Shown: positions 26,631 to 43,584 of the stretch, piece after piece | Layout: the number at the start of each line of letters is the position of its first letter | Numbering within the stretch: the first letter of the stretch is position 1 | DNA from: Eledone cirrhosa | Lineage: Eukaryota | Length of the DNA stretch: 64,000 nucleotides | Assembly: GCA_964016885.1 (NCBI GenBank) | Contig: OZ024742.1 | Location: 96,286,001-96,350,000 of the forward strand | Reading direction: 5' to 3' | Notes under the pieces: generated by a model | What the model was told of the DNA's origin: nothing | Database searches by the model: none | Seen by the model: only the letters and a program-made list of their open reading frames with translations | Translations under genes and position numbers: made by a program

Positions 26631-27849
26631 TCCTGAAAGTCCACCCCACTCACATTAATCTGCATGAAACTGGATAACACATAATATCACATTGCACCAG
26701 TTCACTAAGCTGTGATAAAAAGTACCAGTAGCTACAAGTGGGGATTGACCTTCTAATGGTCATGCATTCTATCCAGGGAGAATTTTGTACATGCAGTTGT
26801 TTAATGCCAATAAAATGGATTATAAGCTTGATTATTGGCAAAAGGCAGCATTTGTGTGAAGGGAAGGTTGATTATATTGACCACAGTACTTAACTGCATT
26901 TTATTTTTATCAACCCCGGAAGGATTAAAGGCAAATTTGGCCTCGAGGTAAGTCTCAAACCTGTGATTTCATAAAAGAAACATCATCATTTAAAATAGCC
27001 ATCTACTATAGTTATAAATAACAGTTTCTGATTGAGGCACAAGGCCAACACTTTTGGGGGAGGGGAAAGTCAATTAAGTTGACCCCAGATTGTTACTGGT
27101 ACTTTATTTTATTGACCCCAAAAGGATGACTGACAAAGCAAACTTGTTGTCCCACATGCTACCAATGCAAAAAATTTTAAATAGATAAAAACAGAGTAGG
27201 ACTTTATTAGTCACATTCACTCAACCCGAAGGCTTGTTGATGGAGTTGCTGTTGTCTAGCCTTAAATAGGGTCTCATTTTGAGCATTCAATATTTTTCAG
27301 ACAATGTGTATCTAAGACTACATTATCTAATGTGTCCTTCTTTTCTGAAAATGATAGTATGGTTTTAACATGGCTGCTGTTTAATGATTAAAGAGAGTAA
27401 AAAGAAAAAAAACATATAAAAGGTGGATTCATTTATTCACAAACATTATTTCTGTTTCTTGATAGGGTTAGGACTGTATTTCGGCTTGGTTTCTATGGCT
27501 GGATGCCCTTCCTAACACCAACTGAATTACAATATATATATCATCATCATCATCATCATCATCATCACTGTTTAATGTCTCTTTTCCATACTTACATGTG
27601 TTAGACAAATTTTCAAGTTATGAGCCTAGCTAGTTCAGATGACTACATCGTGCTCATATGGATCTTTGTTAGGCTTGGATTGTTTGGATTGTACGGCTAG
27701 ATGCCCTTCCTAATGCCACCCACATTACATTGTATACCGGCAGCTTTTTTCTTGGCATGACCACTACCACTTTACAGAGAGGACTGAGGGATATTTGTTG
27801 TGGTACCAGGGTTTTTATGTTTGACCCAATCTCTTTGAGGCTTTGCACC

Positions 27850-28930
27850 AGCATGGCTGCTTTTTAATGATTAAAGCCTGTAAAAAGAAAAACATCAAAG
27901 GATGGTTTCATTTATTCACAACCAATATTTCTGCCTCTAGATAGGGTTAGATAATTCTATCAATTCTTCATCTGGTTATTGAGCCCTTCACTGCTATTGA
28001 AATTATTTAACTAACTTTATGTCAAACTACAATTAGTTTCTCACACATATTCTCTCACAGAACTTTTGTTTCTGAGCATTTATAATTATCAGATAATTGT
28101 CTTTTCTTTCTCATAAAAGTTTTGTTCTCTGTATATTTTTTAATAAAAAGTGAGAAAGGAAATAGCCTTTTATTCTGGTTTCGGTTTTCACCAAGGATGC
28201 GGTTGAGTTAGTTCCAACAAGTGAATCTACAGCATCATGAAAAGAGGTCACCTATGCATGTTGGTTACAGGCATCTGATGTGGATATTGTCAGCCATTCA
28301 TGATTCCAATGGTAGAGACCATATAAGTGGAAACCAGATATTATATCATGAGTCAACTTGATCAAGTCGATCCGCATTTCCAACTGTCCATCTTTTAGTT
28401 AGATGTGGTTGTGATGGTGGAGTAGTGTTGGTAGTGGTTTTAATAGTTATGTTGGTGATGATGGTAGTGGAGAAAAGATGAAGAAATTGACAGGGTGAAG
28501 GAAGCAATATTAATGAGGGTGGGGTTGATGGTAGAAATGGAAATGTATATGAGGATGGTTGTGATGCAGGTTGGAATGCATCACAGAATAGATCATACAA
28601 TGGATTTTGTGTCAAATTCTGAATTCCATTGATACTGTTGGATTGATTACCTCTCGCATCTCCTACTCAAACAGTGCCTACAGCAGTTTATTCATGCCCT
28701 TAAAGACCCCTTGTAGGCTCATTTATCCACAACCAATATTTCTGCCTGTTGACAGGGTAGGATGTTTCTACGAATTCATTTTCTGGCCAGTGAACCCTTC
28801 ACTGCTGTTGAGATTAATCAAGTGAGTTTATGTCAAACTACAATTAGTTTCTGACACATCTTTCCCAAATAACACATGTCCACTTTCAGAACTTTTATTT
28901 TGTTTTTCTCAGCAGTTATAATTATTTCAT
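27850..28930 (+). repeat. Diverged local direct repeats (27908-28090 vs 28718-28930; partial third copy 27369-27472 vs 27852-27950)
   Basis: Shared tcatttat.cacaaccaatatttctgcct, cccttcactgct.ttga and ttatgtcaaactacaattagtttct.acacat. Confidence 0.8.
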
Positions 28931-30159
28931 TTTCATCATCATAATCATCATTATCACCCCAATCACCTTCAACCAATCATCATAACAATCATCATCATCA
29001 TTTTCATTACCCATCATCACCACCACCTCTATCAGCACCATTATCATCACAATCATCATTATCATCATCATTATCCACATCTTTACCTTCTACTAATATC
29101 ACCTTCAACCACCTCCAACACTTCGAGCATCATCACCAAGCTACAAATAACACCTAACTATCAGCATCATCTTCCTCATTATTACCACCACCATTAACCT
29201 CTACTAATATTACCTCCAAACACCTATACCACCGCCACCACCACCATCACAAAGCTACTGAATATCGCATTTCATTATATCAATCATCATCATCACAACC
29301 TTCATCATTACCACCACCACTATCACCACCACCACCATCACAACCGTCCTCACATATATTATCATCTCCATCATCCATCCCACCCTCATTAATATTATTT
29401 CCTTCATCCTTCTAATTTCTCTCCCGCCTCCCCTTTATCATTGTCATCAACATTACTGTTGTAACCACTACCAATACTACCAACACCACTATCACAAACA
29501 GTACCAACACTAACACCAACACCACCATCACCACCAACCAACACAATTCCTATCACCACTAGTAAATGTTGGTTTCTATTTTAGGCACAAGGGCAACAAT
29601 TTTGGGGAAGGGAAAGTCGATTAAATTGACTCCAGTGTATTACTGGTATTTTATTTTATTGAAGAAAGGCAAAGTTAACATCAGCATGATTAGAACTCAG
29701 ATCATAAAGGGGCATAACTACATGCCATAAAGCATGTCGTCTGCTGCACCACCAATACTGCCAATCAACCAAGAAATATTACCACCATCACTACCTCTAC
29801 CGCACTACCACTGCCAACAACATTACAATAACGATGTAAACCACCACCATGACCATGATGACAAGGACTACCCCCATCATGACAACGATTACCACCAACA
29901 CCATCACCACCACTACTACAACCACAGCCACCATGATAATGATGATGCTGATCACCACAAACATATCTGCTATTACCATCATGTCAATCACACCATGGTC
30001 ATCAGGACCACAAATATTACCAGCCCCACCATCAAGACCAATACTGTCACCACAATGATTGTGACTGTCACCAATACTACCATGACCACCCTACTCCCCC
30101 ATGACAATGAAAATCACACTGATGAACATCCTCACCACCAACAGCACAACAACCAATAC

Positions 30160-31090
30160 AATCACACCAATGTAGACAACCACCACAACCACTACCATCA
30201 CCACCACCACAACTACCACTACCACCACCACCACCACCACAAACACCACCACCACAACCACCACAACCACCACCACCACCACCACAAACACCACCACCAC
30301 CACCACCACAAACACCACCACCACCACCACAACCACTACCACCACCACCACCACCACCACAACCACTACCACCACCACAACCACTACCATCACCACCACC
30401 ACAACCACCACTACCACCACCACCACCACCACAAACACCACCACCACAACCACCACATACCACCACCACCACCACAAACACCACCACCACCACCACCACA
30501 AACACCACCACCACCACCACAACCACTACCACCACCACCACCACCACCACAACCACTACCACCACCACCACCACAACCACTACCATCACCACAACCACTA
30601 CCACCACCACCACCACCACCACCACAACCACTACCACCACCACCACCACAACCACTACCACCACGACCACAACCACTACCACCACAACCACCACCACAAC
30701 CACTACCACCACCACCACCACCACCACAACCACTACCACCACCACAACCACTACCATCACCACAACAACTACCACCACCACCACCACCACAACCACTACC
30801 ACCACCACCACCACAACCACTACCACCACCACCACCACAACCACTACTACCACCACCACCACCACCACAACCACTACCACCACAACCACCACCACCACCA
30901 CCACCACCACCACCACAACCACTACAACCACTACCACCACAAACACCACCACCACCACAACCACTACCACCACCACCACCACCACCACCACCACAACCAC
31001 AACCACTACCACCACCACAACCACTACCACCACCACAACCACTACCACCACCACCACAACCACCACCACCACCACCACAACCACCTATTA
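30160..31090. repeat. (CCA/CAA/CTA)n low-complexity tract
   Basis: Source of the poly-His/Pro/Val/Gly ORFs in several frames on both strands. Confidence 0.95.
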
Positions 31091-32519
31091 CAATGATGGC
31101 CACCACCTTCAATCCAATCTGGACATGATGCTGTTAAATGGAACTGATGATAAATATCATTTGAAAAGTCACTTAACGAGCAGAGACAGCACTGAATAAA
31201 TGATTATGTGTGTAATTACTGGGTGGTGGTGGTGGTCAGGCGCAGCTGGGGGGTTTAATGTACAGGGGTAGGGTGATACAGCAGGTAGGATTGCAGGTGG
31301 GTGTGGGTGAATGTTGTAAGAGATGTGAGTGGTGTGTGGTTTTATTTTTTTTAGAAAGAAAGACAGAGAGATGAAGGTATAACTGAGAATTGAGGGTGAT
31401 GTGTGTGGTGTATGAGGGTGGGACTAAACATATGTGGGGTATATGAGGAGGGAGGATTTGGTGAGGGTACATAAGAGGTGAGTGGGAGTGGGATTTTAGA
31501 GAAAGAAATAGAGATGAATGATCTGGAGATAATTTTGTGTGGTGTGTAGGGTGAATAAAGGTGGGGAGTTACACAGAGGGTGCTTGGGAGAGATGAGTGG
31601 GATTGTGGTTTTGGATAAAGAAAGAGAGATGAAAAAGAATGTAATTGAGGGTGATGGTGTGGGTGTTTATGGGAGATGGGGAATAAACAGATGAGGAGGA
31701 GAAAGATAGGGTTGGAGTGAATGATATGAGATGTATGTTGAGTGAAAGAGAGAGATGACTGAGTACAGCAGGATTGAGAGAGGGTGGTTAAATGTGTGGT
31801 TTTAGAGAGAAAGGGAGCAGGCAATGGGGAAAGAGAGAGAAAGTGAGTAAATGAAAAAGTGAGAAATGAAAGAGGAGGGGATTTCATCATCAACATCATC
31901 ATCATCATCATCGTTTAGCATCTATCTTCCACACTAGCATGAATGTGAAAGTGAGAGAGAGGGAGAAAGAGACAGGGGGTGTAAGAGACAGAGGGGAAGA
32001 AAAGATGGAAGGAAAATGAGTAAGCATATGAGAGAAAGATAAATGATGAGATAATATGTAGAGAGAGCAAAAGAGAGGGAAATACAGATAGAGAGAGGGG
32101 GTGTAGAGGCAGTGTTTAGGAGGAGGTGTGGGAGTTGGGGGTGTTACTGAGGAGTAAAGGAATGAATCAATTCAAGAGAGAGAGAGAAGGGAGGAATGGG
32201 AAGATAGACAGAAAAAGCATGGAACAGAAAGTGACCACATGGGAGAAAGAGGGAAGATGATAGAGAGAAAGGGATTAATGGACGAAGAATTAAGGAAAGG
32301 AGCAACAGAATAAAGTATAATATAAAAAATAATAAATTCAAAACAAAATATGAAAATAGATATAAAAAAATTAAAATAAAATATGAAATAAAATAACATA
32401 TTGGTGCAGACATGGCATAAGAGTTAAGGAGCTCACTTGGCAACCTTATGGTTTGGTTTCAGTTTCACTGCATGGCACCATGTGTACGTGTCTTCTACTA
32501 TAGACATGGATTGATCTGG

Positions 32520-33230
32520 TGGTGGAAGAGCACAGTGTATAAAACCATTAAGGCCAAGAGACAGGTATTGAAAGACTGGAGAAATGATGGTAGCAGAGAG
32601 AAGCTAGATATCCGGTCTACAAAATAGAGAGACGTGGAAAAAAGAAAGCTTGTGAATATCTTGAGGCATGAGGACCAGAAATGTGAAGTGTTTCACATTG
32701 CAAGGCAGTGTGTTAATGTAAATTGAGATGTTGTTGGGGAAAAAATGCATTAGAAATTACGCTGGTATACTGGATGCCCTTCCTAACACTGACCACCGTA
32801 AATGTGGTTGGTGGTTGGAAGGGCATCCAGCCATAGAAACCAAGCCAAAATTGGTTCTGTATGAGCAAGATATGGTCATCTAACGTCGACTTGCCTCATA
32901 TAGAACAACCCTTTTAACCCATGCTAGCGTGGAAAATGGACATTAAAAAGTGATGATGATGAGGAGGATGATATATGAATACGCAGAAGACTTGCATAGA
33001 TTGAAAAGAAATGAAGCTTGCATGCTCCGATTCATGTGTAATTAACATGAACGGTAAAGCATAAGTATACTGAGAGAGAAACTAGGCATAAGAGGAGTCA
33101 AATGCAGTGTGCAGGAGAGGAGATTGTGTTGGTATGAACATGTGATGTGTATGAAGGAATGCAGCTGTATAATAAAGTACGGAATGCTCAAAGTCCATGA
33201 CAATGAGAAGGGTGGATGGGAGGGACATTA
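32520..33230 (+). mobile_element. Degraded RTE-clade LINE fragments
   Basis: 33040-33200 is a decayed homolog of 33700-33870. An RTE-type tail (aacccatgctagcgtggaaaatggacattaaa..gatgatgat) lies at ~32915-32960. Confidence 0.6.
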
Positions 33231-33289
33231 AAACAACAAAGCTGGTTGAGAAAATTCTCACAATTTTCTGCATAAAGACAATAAGAATA

Positions 33290-33645
33290 TACTTTAGAGT
33301 TGGTGTGTGTCAACTGTGCACAGAATTATCCATGAAGTTCTGATTATGTGAAAAATGTTTTCAAAGTTTGTTCCATGGGTGGTCAGTGACACACGCTCAC
33401 TGCAGCCCAGACATGGCTCCCTTTGAGAATTGGTTGTCGTTTGAAGACATTAAGAATGTGAAGGAGGCGGTGACAAGGGTCCTAGATATATTCATTTTGA
33501 AGGACTGCCATGGGGACTTCACAGCATTGCCACAAATGCATTATAGTCAGACGATCCTACTTTGAAAGAAACAGTTTTTTCCTTCTCTGAAATTAAGAAT
33601 TGTCTCTGCTGAAGAAGTCTCAAAACTTTCTACATACACCTTATG
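33290..33645 (+). mobile_element. Tc1/mariner (mariner-type) remnant
   Basis: HAHCSPDMAPFENWL resembles the mariner HPPYSPDLAP.DFWLF motif, followed by FEDIKNVKEAV and a decayed KCI...YFE terminus. Confidence 0.65.
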
Positions 33646-33682
33646 CACAAACACACACACACACATATATATATATATATGG

Positions 33683-34320
33683 ATGTGTAACAGTATGGAT
33701 GTGTAACAGTAATATACGTGAACGACAAAGCATAAATGAATTGAGAGAGAGACTGAGCATAAGAGGAATCAAATGCTGTGTGCAGGAGAGGCGGTTGCGC
33801 TGGTATGGACATGTGATGCGTATGAAGGATGACAGCTGCATAAAAAGGTGCAGAGCACTAGAAGTTGATGGAAACCGCGGAGTGGGGAGACCCAAGATGA
33901 CTTGGGATGAGGTGATAAAAGCCGACCTTACCCAACTACACCTCTCAAAGGCAATGACACACGACCGTGACTTCTGGCGTCACGCAGTAATACAGAGTAC
34001 CCGACCTCCCATGGGTACAAGCTGAAACATATAGACAATATGCCCCCACTCCCCCCACCGAAAGGTGGTCGTGGAGGTGCCACGGCAAAAAAGTACCCAG
34101 CCCACACTGTAAAGTGGACGTGTAGGCGCCACGAAAACACACCCAGCACTCACTGTAAATGAGGTTGGTGTTAGGAAGGGCATCCAGCTGTAGAAATCAA
34201 GCCAAATCAGTTCCTGTATGAGCAAGGCATGGTCAGCCGACCAGACACTGCCCACAACAGAACAACCCGTCTAACCCATGCTAGTGTGGAAGAACGGACG
34301 TAAAACAGTGATGATGATAA
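33683..34320 (+). mobile_element. RTE-clade LINE 3' end
   Basis: ELRERLSIRGIKCCVQERRLRWYGHVMRM..GNRGVGRPKMTW..DRDFWR is a typical RTE C-terminus. The 3' UTR ends in gtgatgatgat. Confidence 0.85.
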
Positions 34321-34457
34321 TCATATGAGTGTGTGTTAAACGTAAAAACCTTTTTCATATTCAATGAGTAATAAGAGCGACTGAACGATGGTAAATTTTT
34401 TGTACTATCACCTCAGTAATTGAAATGTATGTATATATCCATATGTGGTTGACAGCA

Positions 34458-34529
34458 GACTCTGATGAGCCTGTGGTAAACAGGAAAAACTCCACAGTAA
34501 CAAGACTCACTATTAAGCCTTAATAAAAT

Positions 34530-34530
<1 letters not shown>
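34458..34530 (+). ncRNA. Degenerate type I hammerhead ribozyme motif (repeat copy 1)
   Basis: CTGATGA-g-cctgt/acagg stem II, then aaaaac (decayed GAAAC), act-ccac-agtA. Homologous to 54952-55025. Confidence 0.5.
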
Positions 34531-36660
<2,130 letters not shown>

Positions 36661-37179
36661 TTGAATGCGATTTAAAATGCCTTACTCATAAGCACTTTTG
36701 ATCTTATGCATGTATTGATATGTGTAATATATATAAATATAGGTATACTTATACATGCATGCATATATAATTGTTTCTACTTTAGGTACAAAGCCAGCAA
36801 TTATCCAGTACATTACTGGTACTTTATTTTATCGACCCCGAAAGGATGAAAGGCAAAGTTAACCTCGACGGGTTATTAATAGTGGTTATTATAGTGTTGG
36901 TGGTGATGCATATAATATATGCATATATGTTTATTTACACATGCATACATTCATACATAGATGATTCTTTAACATTAAGCAATAGCGAAAGATTTGGGAA
37001 AAATATATAAACATTAATAGGATATAAAACGTTGAAATTTGATAAAAATATTAGTATGGAATATTTCTAGCCCCACCACTAACAATGCAAACATTAGTAG
37101 CATAAACCTAAAACACTACGATCTCACCATTACCACTACTGCTATAACACCACTGCCTCAAGCAACACCTTTTACTGTC

Positions 37180-38490
37180 ACCATACTTAAATTTACCATC
37201 ACCACTAACACCACATCCCTACCACCAACATCAGTGTTAACATAACCACTACCACCACACTACCACAACCACCATCACCATCAATACTGTTGGAATCCTT
37301 ATTACCATAAACCAGAACCACCCTTTCCTCCATAACATCACTACAGTCACCACCACCACCACCACCACAGGTACCCTCAAGACCACAGGTACATTTAGCA
37401 CTACCAACATATCACTATCACCACCTTTGCAATCCCTGCCTCAGTAAACCAAAATCCTAATGTCTGTACAATCACCAACTCCAACACCATCATTATCATC
37501 ATCATCATCACACTTGCCCTCACCACTACCACCTTAACACAATCATCCCTACCACCTCTCCTCAGTCATTTCTCCGATTGCAATGAACAGCACCATGAAC
37601 GAAAAGCTCTTCCTACACCATCACCACCAACACTATAATAACCACTACTAATACCACAACAATGACAACTAGCATCATCACAACCACTAGCACCACAGCA
37701 AGAACCACATAATGCCCCCAGCATCTCCACACCTCTCACAACAACAGTCATACACCACCATCACTATCAACATGACAACAACAACCACATACTTCAACCA
37801 CCACCACCACCACCACCACCACCACCTATACCACAACAACAACTGTACACCACCACCATCAATACCACCACAAAAACAACCACACACCACCACAACCACC
37901 ACCATCAATATGGCAACAACAACCACACACTCCAACCACCGCTACCACCACTATCATCAATATGATGAGAACAACCATACACCATCACCAGCCATTCCAC
38001 AACAACAACCATACACCACCACCACCACCAACATCAGTATGGCAATAACCACACACATCAAAAGCAACCACCTCAACAGCCATACACCACTAAAATCAAC
38101 ATAGCAACAATAACTGCACACTCCAACCCCCACCACCAATACCACAGCAACAACCACATACTTCAACCACCACCACCACCACCACCACCAATACCACAGC
38201 AACAAAAACCATACACTTCAACCACCACCATCACCAATATCACTCAACCATATAACCACTACAACTACTATGAACATGGCAACAACAGCAACACACTTCA
38301 ACCACCATCACCACCAATACCACAACAACCACACACTCCAACCACCACCACCAATACCACAACAACCGCACACTTCAACTACCTCCACCATCAATACCAC
38401 AACCATCATACCATACACTTCAACCACCACCACCACCATCATTGCTAATACAACAACAATACACAACCACCATAACCACCACTAAAATGA
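37180..38490. repeat. CAC/CAA-rich low-complexity region with internal degenerate repeats
   Basis: Recurrent acaaccacatacttcaaccaccaccacc units. Confidence 0.85.
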
Positions 38491-38872
38491 AGCAATAACA
38501 TTATAAACAAAGGCACAGTTTTTTCCACTATAAACACGGCAAATAAATAAAACTACTTAGATATGATATATAATTTGTGTCTAATTTGATGCCTAATTGT
38601 TGGCAGACCATTAAAAGACTTTATGACTGTTGTTAGCGCAATGCAAGTGAAATAGGCTTAGTTAACACCTCATCAGCTCTATCACTTTTCAATACATACA
38701 TCAATATATATGTACTACTGTGTGTGTGTGTGTGTCTGTATGTGTATGTGTATAAATACTATGAACATGTAAATTAAAGTATATGTGAATATAAATGTAT
38801 ACATGAGTGTGTGTATGAATATATATGTTTGTATTTGTCAGTTTATGCATATGTATAATTAAATATAAATGA

Positions 38873-38903
<31 letters not shown>

Positions 38904-41564
38904 CAGAGAGAGAGATAGAGAGGGAGAGAGAGAGAGCGAGAGAGAGAGAGATGTATATATCTATGTTTGAAGGGCAGCATTCAAATCTTTGAAATATTTT
39001 AATATGAAAATTGAACATCAATTTTTAAATCATTGCAATTAATATTTTTTGTTCCTTTCCCTAATTATATGCAGTTATTATTATTTTTGTTATTTTTGTT
39101 ATTATTTCGATTGTTGTTGTTGTTATTATTATTATCATTATTAATTTCTTCTTCTTTGTGTAGCTTTCCACAATATGTGTTTACATATTTTACGTTAAAT
39201 ATTTTATTGCCCTTTTTCCCTGTCGCTCATTAGTGTTTAATGGGAGCCATGACTATATGTGGTATGATGTTATAATAATTTAGAAGACAGCTATTTCAGT
39301 TATACTTATCTTAATGTTCTGCGTGTGCAATTATTTTTTATAGGTTTGATCTATGAGGAGATTTTGGTTGAGCATGTTTTTAACCCTTTCATTGCCATAT
39401 CTGTATTCTGTATTTATCCAGCTTAGAATAGGAACAACATCCCTGTGTGTCATGTTAGTCAAGTAAAAGGCTTGGCAGCAGAGATTGCATCTGGATGTGA
39501 AACATTGCCTTTATACGTCCATAATGAATATGAAAAGTGTTATGGAGTCTGCAAGTCTAACCTCTGCTTTAACAGGGAAAATGGTTTTAAATTGTTTGTT
39601 AACATATTTCAATGAAAGACCATGTCTCTGATTTTCAAATCCTTTTGAAAATAATCAAGAATTTGGAGACATTGAGTAATATAGTTAACTTCCCATTATT
39701 AAGCAAGTTTAAGAACATAACGATTCTTAAATAAAATTGTGATGGAAGGATTTTAATTAAACATAAACACTAATCATTTATTTACCATATTTCTGGTGAA
39801 AATCATTGTTTTGATTTTCAAATCATTTCTAAAATAAAAAAGAATCTGGAGAGATTTAGTAATATAACTATTTCTACTCATTCAGCAGGTGTTTGGAACA
39901 TAACTTAACAAAAATATTTTGATAAAATTATGATGGAAGGTTTTTAGATAAATACAAGTACATTAAAACAGCATAGTATTATAGAACCAGAGCCAGTTTC
40001 AGGCATTTTGGTGTTTTAACATTTATTCCTGATTATCAGCACCAGAAACCGGTGAACCCTTTTTAGCATACATCAAAATATCTTGTAAACTCAGTCAGGT
40101 GTATTTCTCTAAGTCTACTTTGATATTTGCAAAGACTTGTTTTACTTTTAATGATGCTACATCTCTAATCTGTAATACCTAATGTGTTCATTCGTTGGTT
40201 CAGTGTCATGTTTAACAAATACAGTCAGAGACTGAAAGTGAAACTTTTTATATAGTTTGAAATAGGTGTATACACACTGAGCAGTGTGTCAGGCAGGAAG
40301 TGAGAAAGATAGGGGGGGGGGGTAAAGATCATTTAACAGGAATGCACACAGATAAACACAGAGAGTGAGAGATAGATAGAGGGATATATAGATAGATACA
40401 TATATATATATATATATGTATCTATCTATATATTGTATGAAGTTTTCATTTTCTTTCCATCTCTTTCTTTCTGATAATGGAATGTATTCTATAAAAATAT
40501 ATCTCTCTTTCCTGCTAAAATTATACTGTTTAAGCATGAATAAAGTTATGAAGCATTATGAAGTTTGTTTCTTTTAGCCAAATACAGGAATAATGAATTC
40601 ATTTATAAATTTTTAATTATTTAAAATTTATTTAATTAGTTATATATTTGTATTGAGTAAACTGTTAGACAAATGTTTTACTTTTTATTATCCAAAGTGG
40701 CAAATTTATGTTCCAAAAATTAGCTATCATATTATGGATAACACTCTAGTCATGTAATAATAGTGCTGCATTTATCCAGTCTAAAATTGATGTACTGTAT
40801 CACTGTGATTGTAAGAAGCAAGCAAAAAATTTGGTTCTAGGAAGGACATCTGACTAAAACATTGTTGGGCGTGAAGCTTGTTATGGGGCCTGCACGGCTA
40901 AACCTCTGATTTAACAGGTACAATGCCTTAGAAACGCTTGGCATTATTCCAAAATATTGAGTTCTTATCTTGAAATTAGCGTTAGAGTGTTGGACAAAAT
41001 GCTATTCAGCGTTTAGTATATAACCCTTCACATTCTGAGGTCAACTTTACCTTTCATTATTGCAGAGTCAGTTATGTACTGGAGTTGATGTAATCAACTT
41101 TCCTCTCCCCTCAGATTGTTGACCTTGTGCCTAAATTGAAAATCAATATGTCATTACATGATGTAGTAGGCATCACCATTGAACACACACAAATAACACC
41201 ATTACAACCACTACCGCCACTCCTTGTTGTTTGATACTTGAATATTGTTCCATGAATTGGCATCTAGTTGATTTCAGGATTTCAGACTGGTATTTGTTCT
41301 ATTTGCCGTGCAGTATTAAACAAAATCCCAGAATGTTTCCTGCTAAGAACATTGAAACTTCATTCATAATGCCATCCTTTTCTTTGATGTCTTCAAGATT
41401 ATATCCAGAGTCTTAAAAGAAGCCTTTATTATTGTTGCTATATTGCTTGTCATTTTTACTTCTGAAGGCTGTATACTACAAAAAGTGGCAAATTAATAAA
41501 GTATTCTCCTGATATTTTTTATATCAATAGTTTACAGCAAATATACACACACACACACACATAC

Positions 41565-41618
<54 letters not shown>

Positions 41619-42379
41619 TAAACAGCACATCAATCTGGCAGTAGTATTCTTAAATTCAATGAACCCATTTTGACAGAGCATTTTATTGATTTATCAATTC
41701 ACCTAGTAACATAGTTTAAATCAATCCTTGACAACATATTTTGTATAGATTTATTGAAGTACTAGGAAAATGGCTTGTAATGTTTAGTTATGAGACTGAA
41801 TATTCAGGGTTTGAATCCTGACACATACAACGTTCCCTTACATTCCTACAGAATGAATAACATATAGTACCATACAATATCATCAATTGTTGCATCAACA
41901 TTAATGCTTTGTGGTATTTGTTTTTGTTCTTTACATTCTGAGTTGAGTTAAAATCCTGCTGAGGTTATCTTTGCTGAGAATCCTTCCAAGGTCAGTAAAA
42001 TAACATACCAGTTAAATATTAGGATGAATATAATCGATTGTTTTGTCACCTTAGCCAACATTTTCTGGGCTTGTGCTTCAGAATTGTTAGAATGTTAGAC
42101 TTTTTTTTTTGGTAACTAAAATCTACCTTGAGTTAAATTTTTCCTTTCATCCTTCCCTAGTTAATAAAATACAGTACTAGTTAAGTATTGAGTTGATAGA
42201 ATTGACTTTCACCTTTTCCACATGTCTAGTCATGTGCATTAGAATTTTAAGAACACCACACAATTTGTTTTACACCTTAAGATCAAAACATTGTCTCTCA
42301 TCATTCTGGGGCTGTTAAATCAAAGTACCAGCGATGTATTGGGATCGATTTAAACAATTGTTCCATCATCCTGCCACCA

Positions 42380-42585
42380 AATCATTAGAGCATCAAAGAT
42401 AATGCCCTCCAGTGCTTATGCCAGCATTTTATGTTCTAAGTTCAAATCCTGCTGATGTTAGCTTTGTCTTTCATCCTTGCATGGTCGATTGAATAAAGTA
42501 CCAGTCATGTACTAGGGTCGATTCAATCGACCTCCCCTCCCACCAAAATTGTTGGCCTTGTGCCTAAATCAGAAATCATTATTAT
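42380..42585 (+). mobile_element. SINE family 1 (longer variant)
   Basis: B-box, core, ggtcgattcaatcgac insert and tail ggccttgtgcctaaatcagaaatcattatt. Confidence 0.8.
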
Positions 42586-42699
42586 TTTAATCACTAATTT
42601 TGTTATTGTTGTGCTGCTACTGTTGATAATGCCATTCAATATATTTGATTTTCCTCCCTTATCTTTAATTGATTGCCATTTATCTATTGTGTTTTGCAG

Positions 42700-42736
42700 A
42701 TATCACAAACCTTTTGAAGGTCAAATAGAAAACTAG
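42700..42736 (+). CDS. Candidate terminal coding exon (R)YHKPFEGQIEN*
   Basis: Strong acceptor tctattgtgttttgcAG. Phase 2 matches the exon at 15628-15715. Followed by T-rich UTR-like sequence and AATAAA at ~43137. Confidence 0.27.
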
Positions 42737-43584
42737 GTTGATTTTTAATGATCACCCTAAAGGTATTTTTCCATAAAAATTTTTCCTTTGCAAATTTAGC
42801 CTTTTTATTTATTTATTTATTTATTTTTGTCTTCCCTTGCTATATATTTAATGTCTTTTTTTTCATATGCTATTTTATTTCATTGTTGTTAGTGATGTTT
42901 ATGGTGTGTCGGGGTAGTGAGGTATTTATCATTTATTCTAAGTTAATTTTTTATTTCTTCTTCCAATCGTATTTTGTTTTTTGGTTTTTATCAGTTTTGC
43001 TCATTTTGTTGTTATTATTTGTAATTTTGTTTATTATTCTGGTTTTATTTTATCTTAAATTTTATTTTGTTTTTGAAAATTTAGTATGTTTTTTTCATCA
43101 TATTTTGTGTTTGATTAGTCAATTATAGGTTTATAGAATAAATTAACTTTGAGCTCCAAGGAAAGATATATAAAGATATAGGAAGATATATCTCGACAAT
43201 CGTTTTTTTCTCTAAAATATCAGCCAAAAGGCAACTAATTTATTATTATATGCAAGCGAAGGCATAGTTATGTGGTTGAAAAATTAGGTTCTTTAACCAT
43301 CTGATCTAAGGTTTGATTCAATTGTGAGGAACCCTGAGCAAGTGCTTTGTACTTTAGCATATTGTTTGCCCAATGCCTTGTGAAAAACATTCAGTGGCTG
43401 TGTGGATGCACACACACGCACACATATATAGTTAAAGAAATGGCAATGTAAATATAGAGATGCAAAAACACAAAGTATTATTAGTATCACACTTAGGAGG
43501 AAGTACAGGAAGGTTCAGTGCTTCCAACATAAGTCCTCCATAGAAAGCAAGAGTTGTTTGCTGGCTTCCAATTGCGTTCCATTA

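Noticed and set aside
29734-31128. 464-aa His/Pro-rich ORF (extensin/formin-like)
   Set aside because: It starts inside a SINE and runs through a CCA-type tract that is stop-free in several frames on both strands, so it is a low-complexity artefact.
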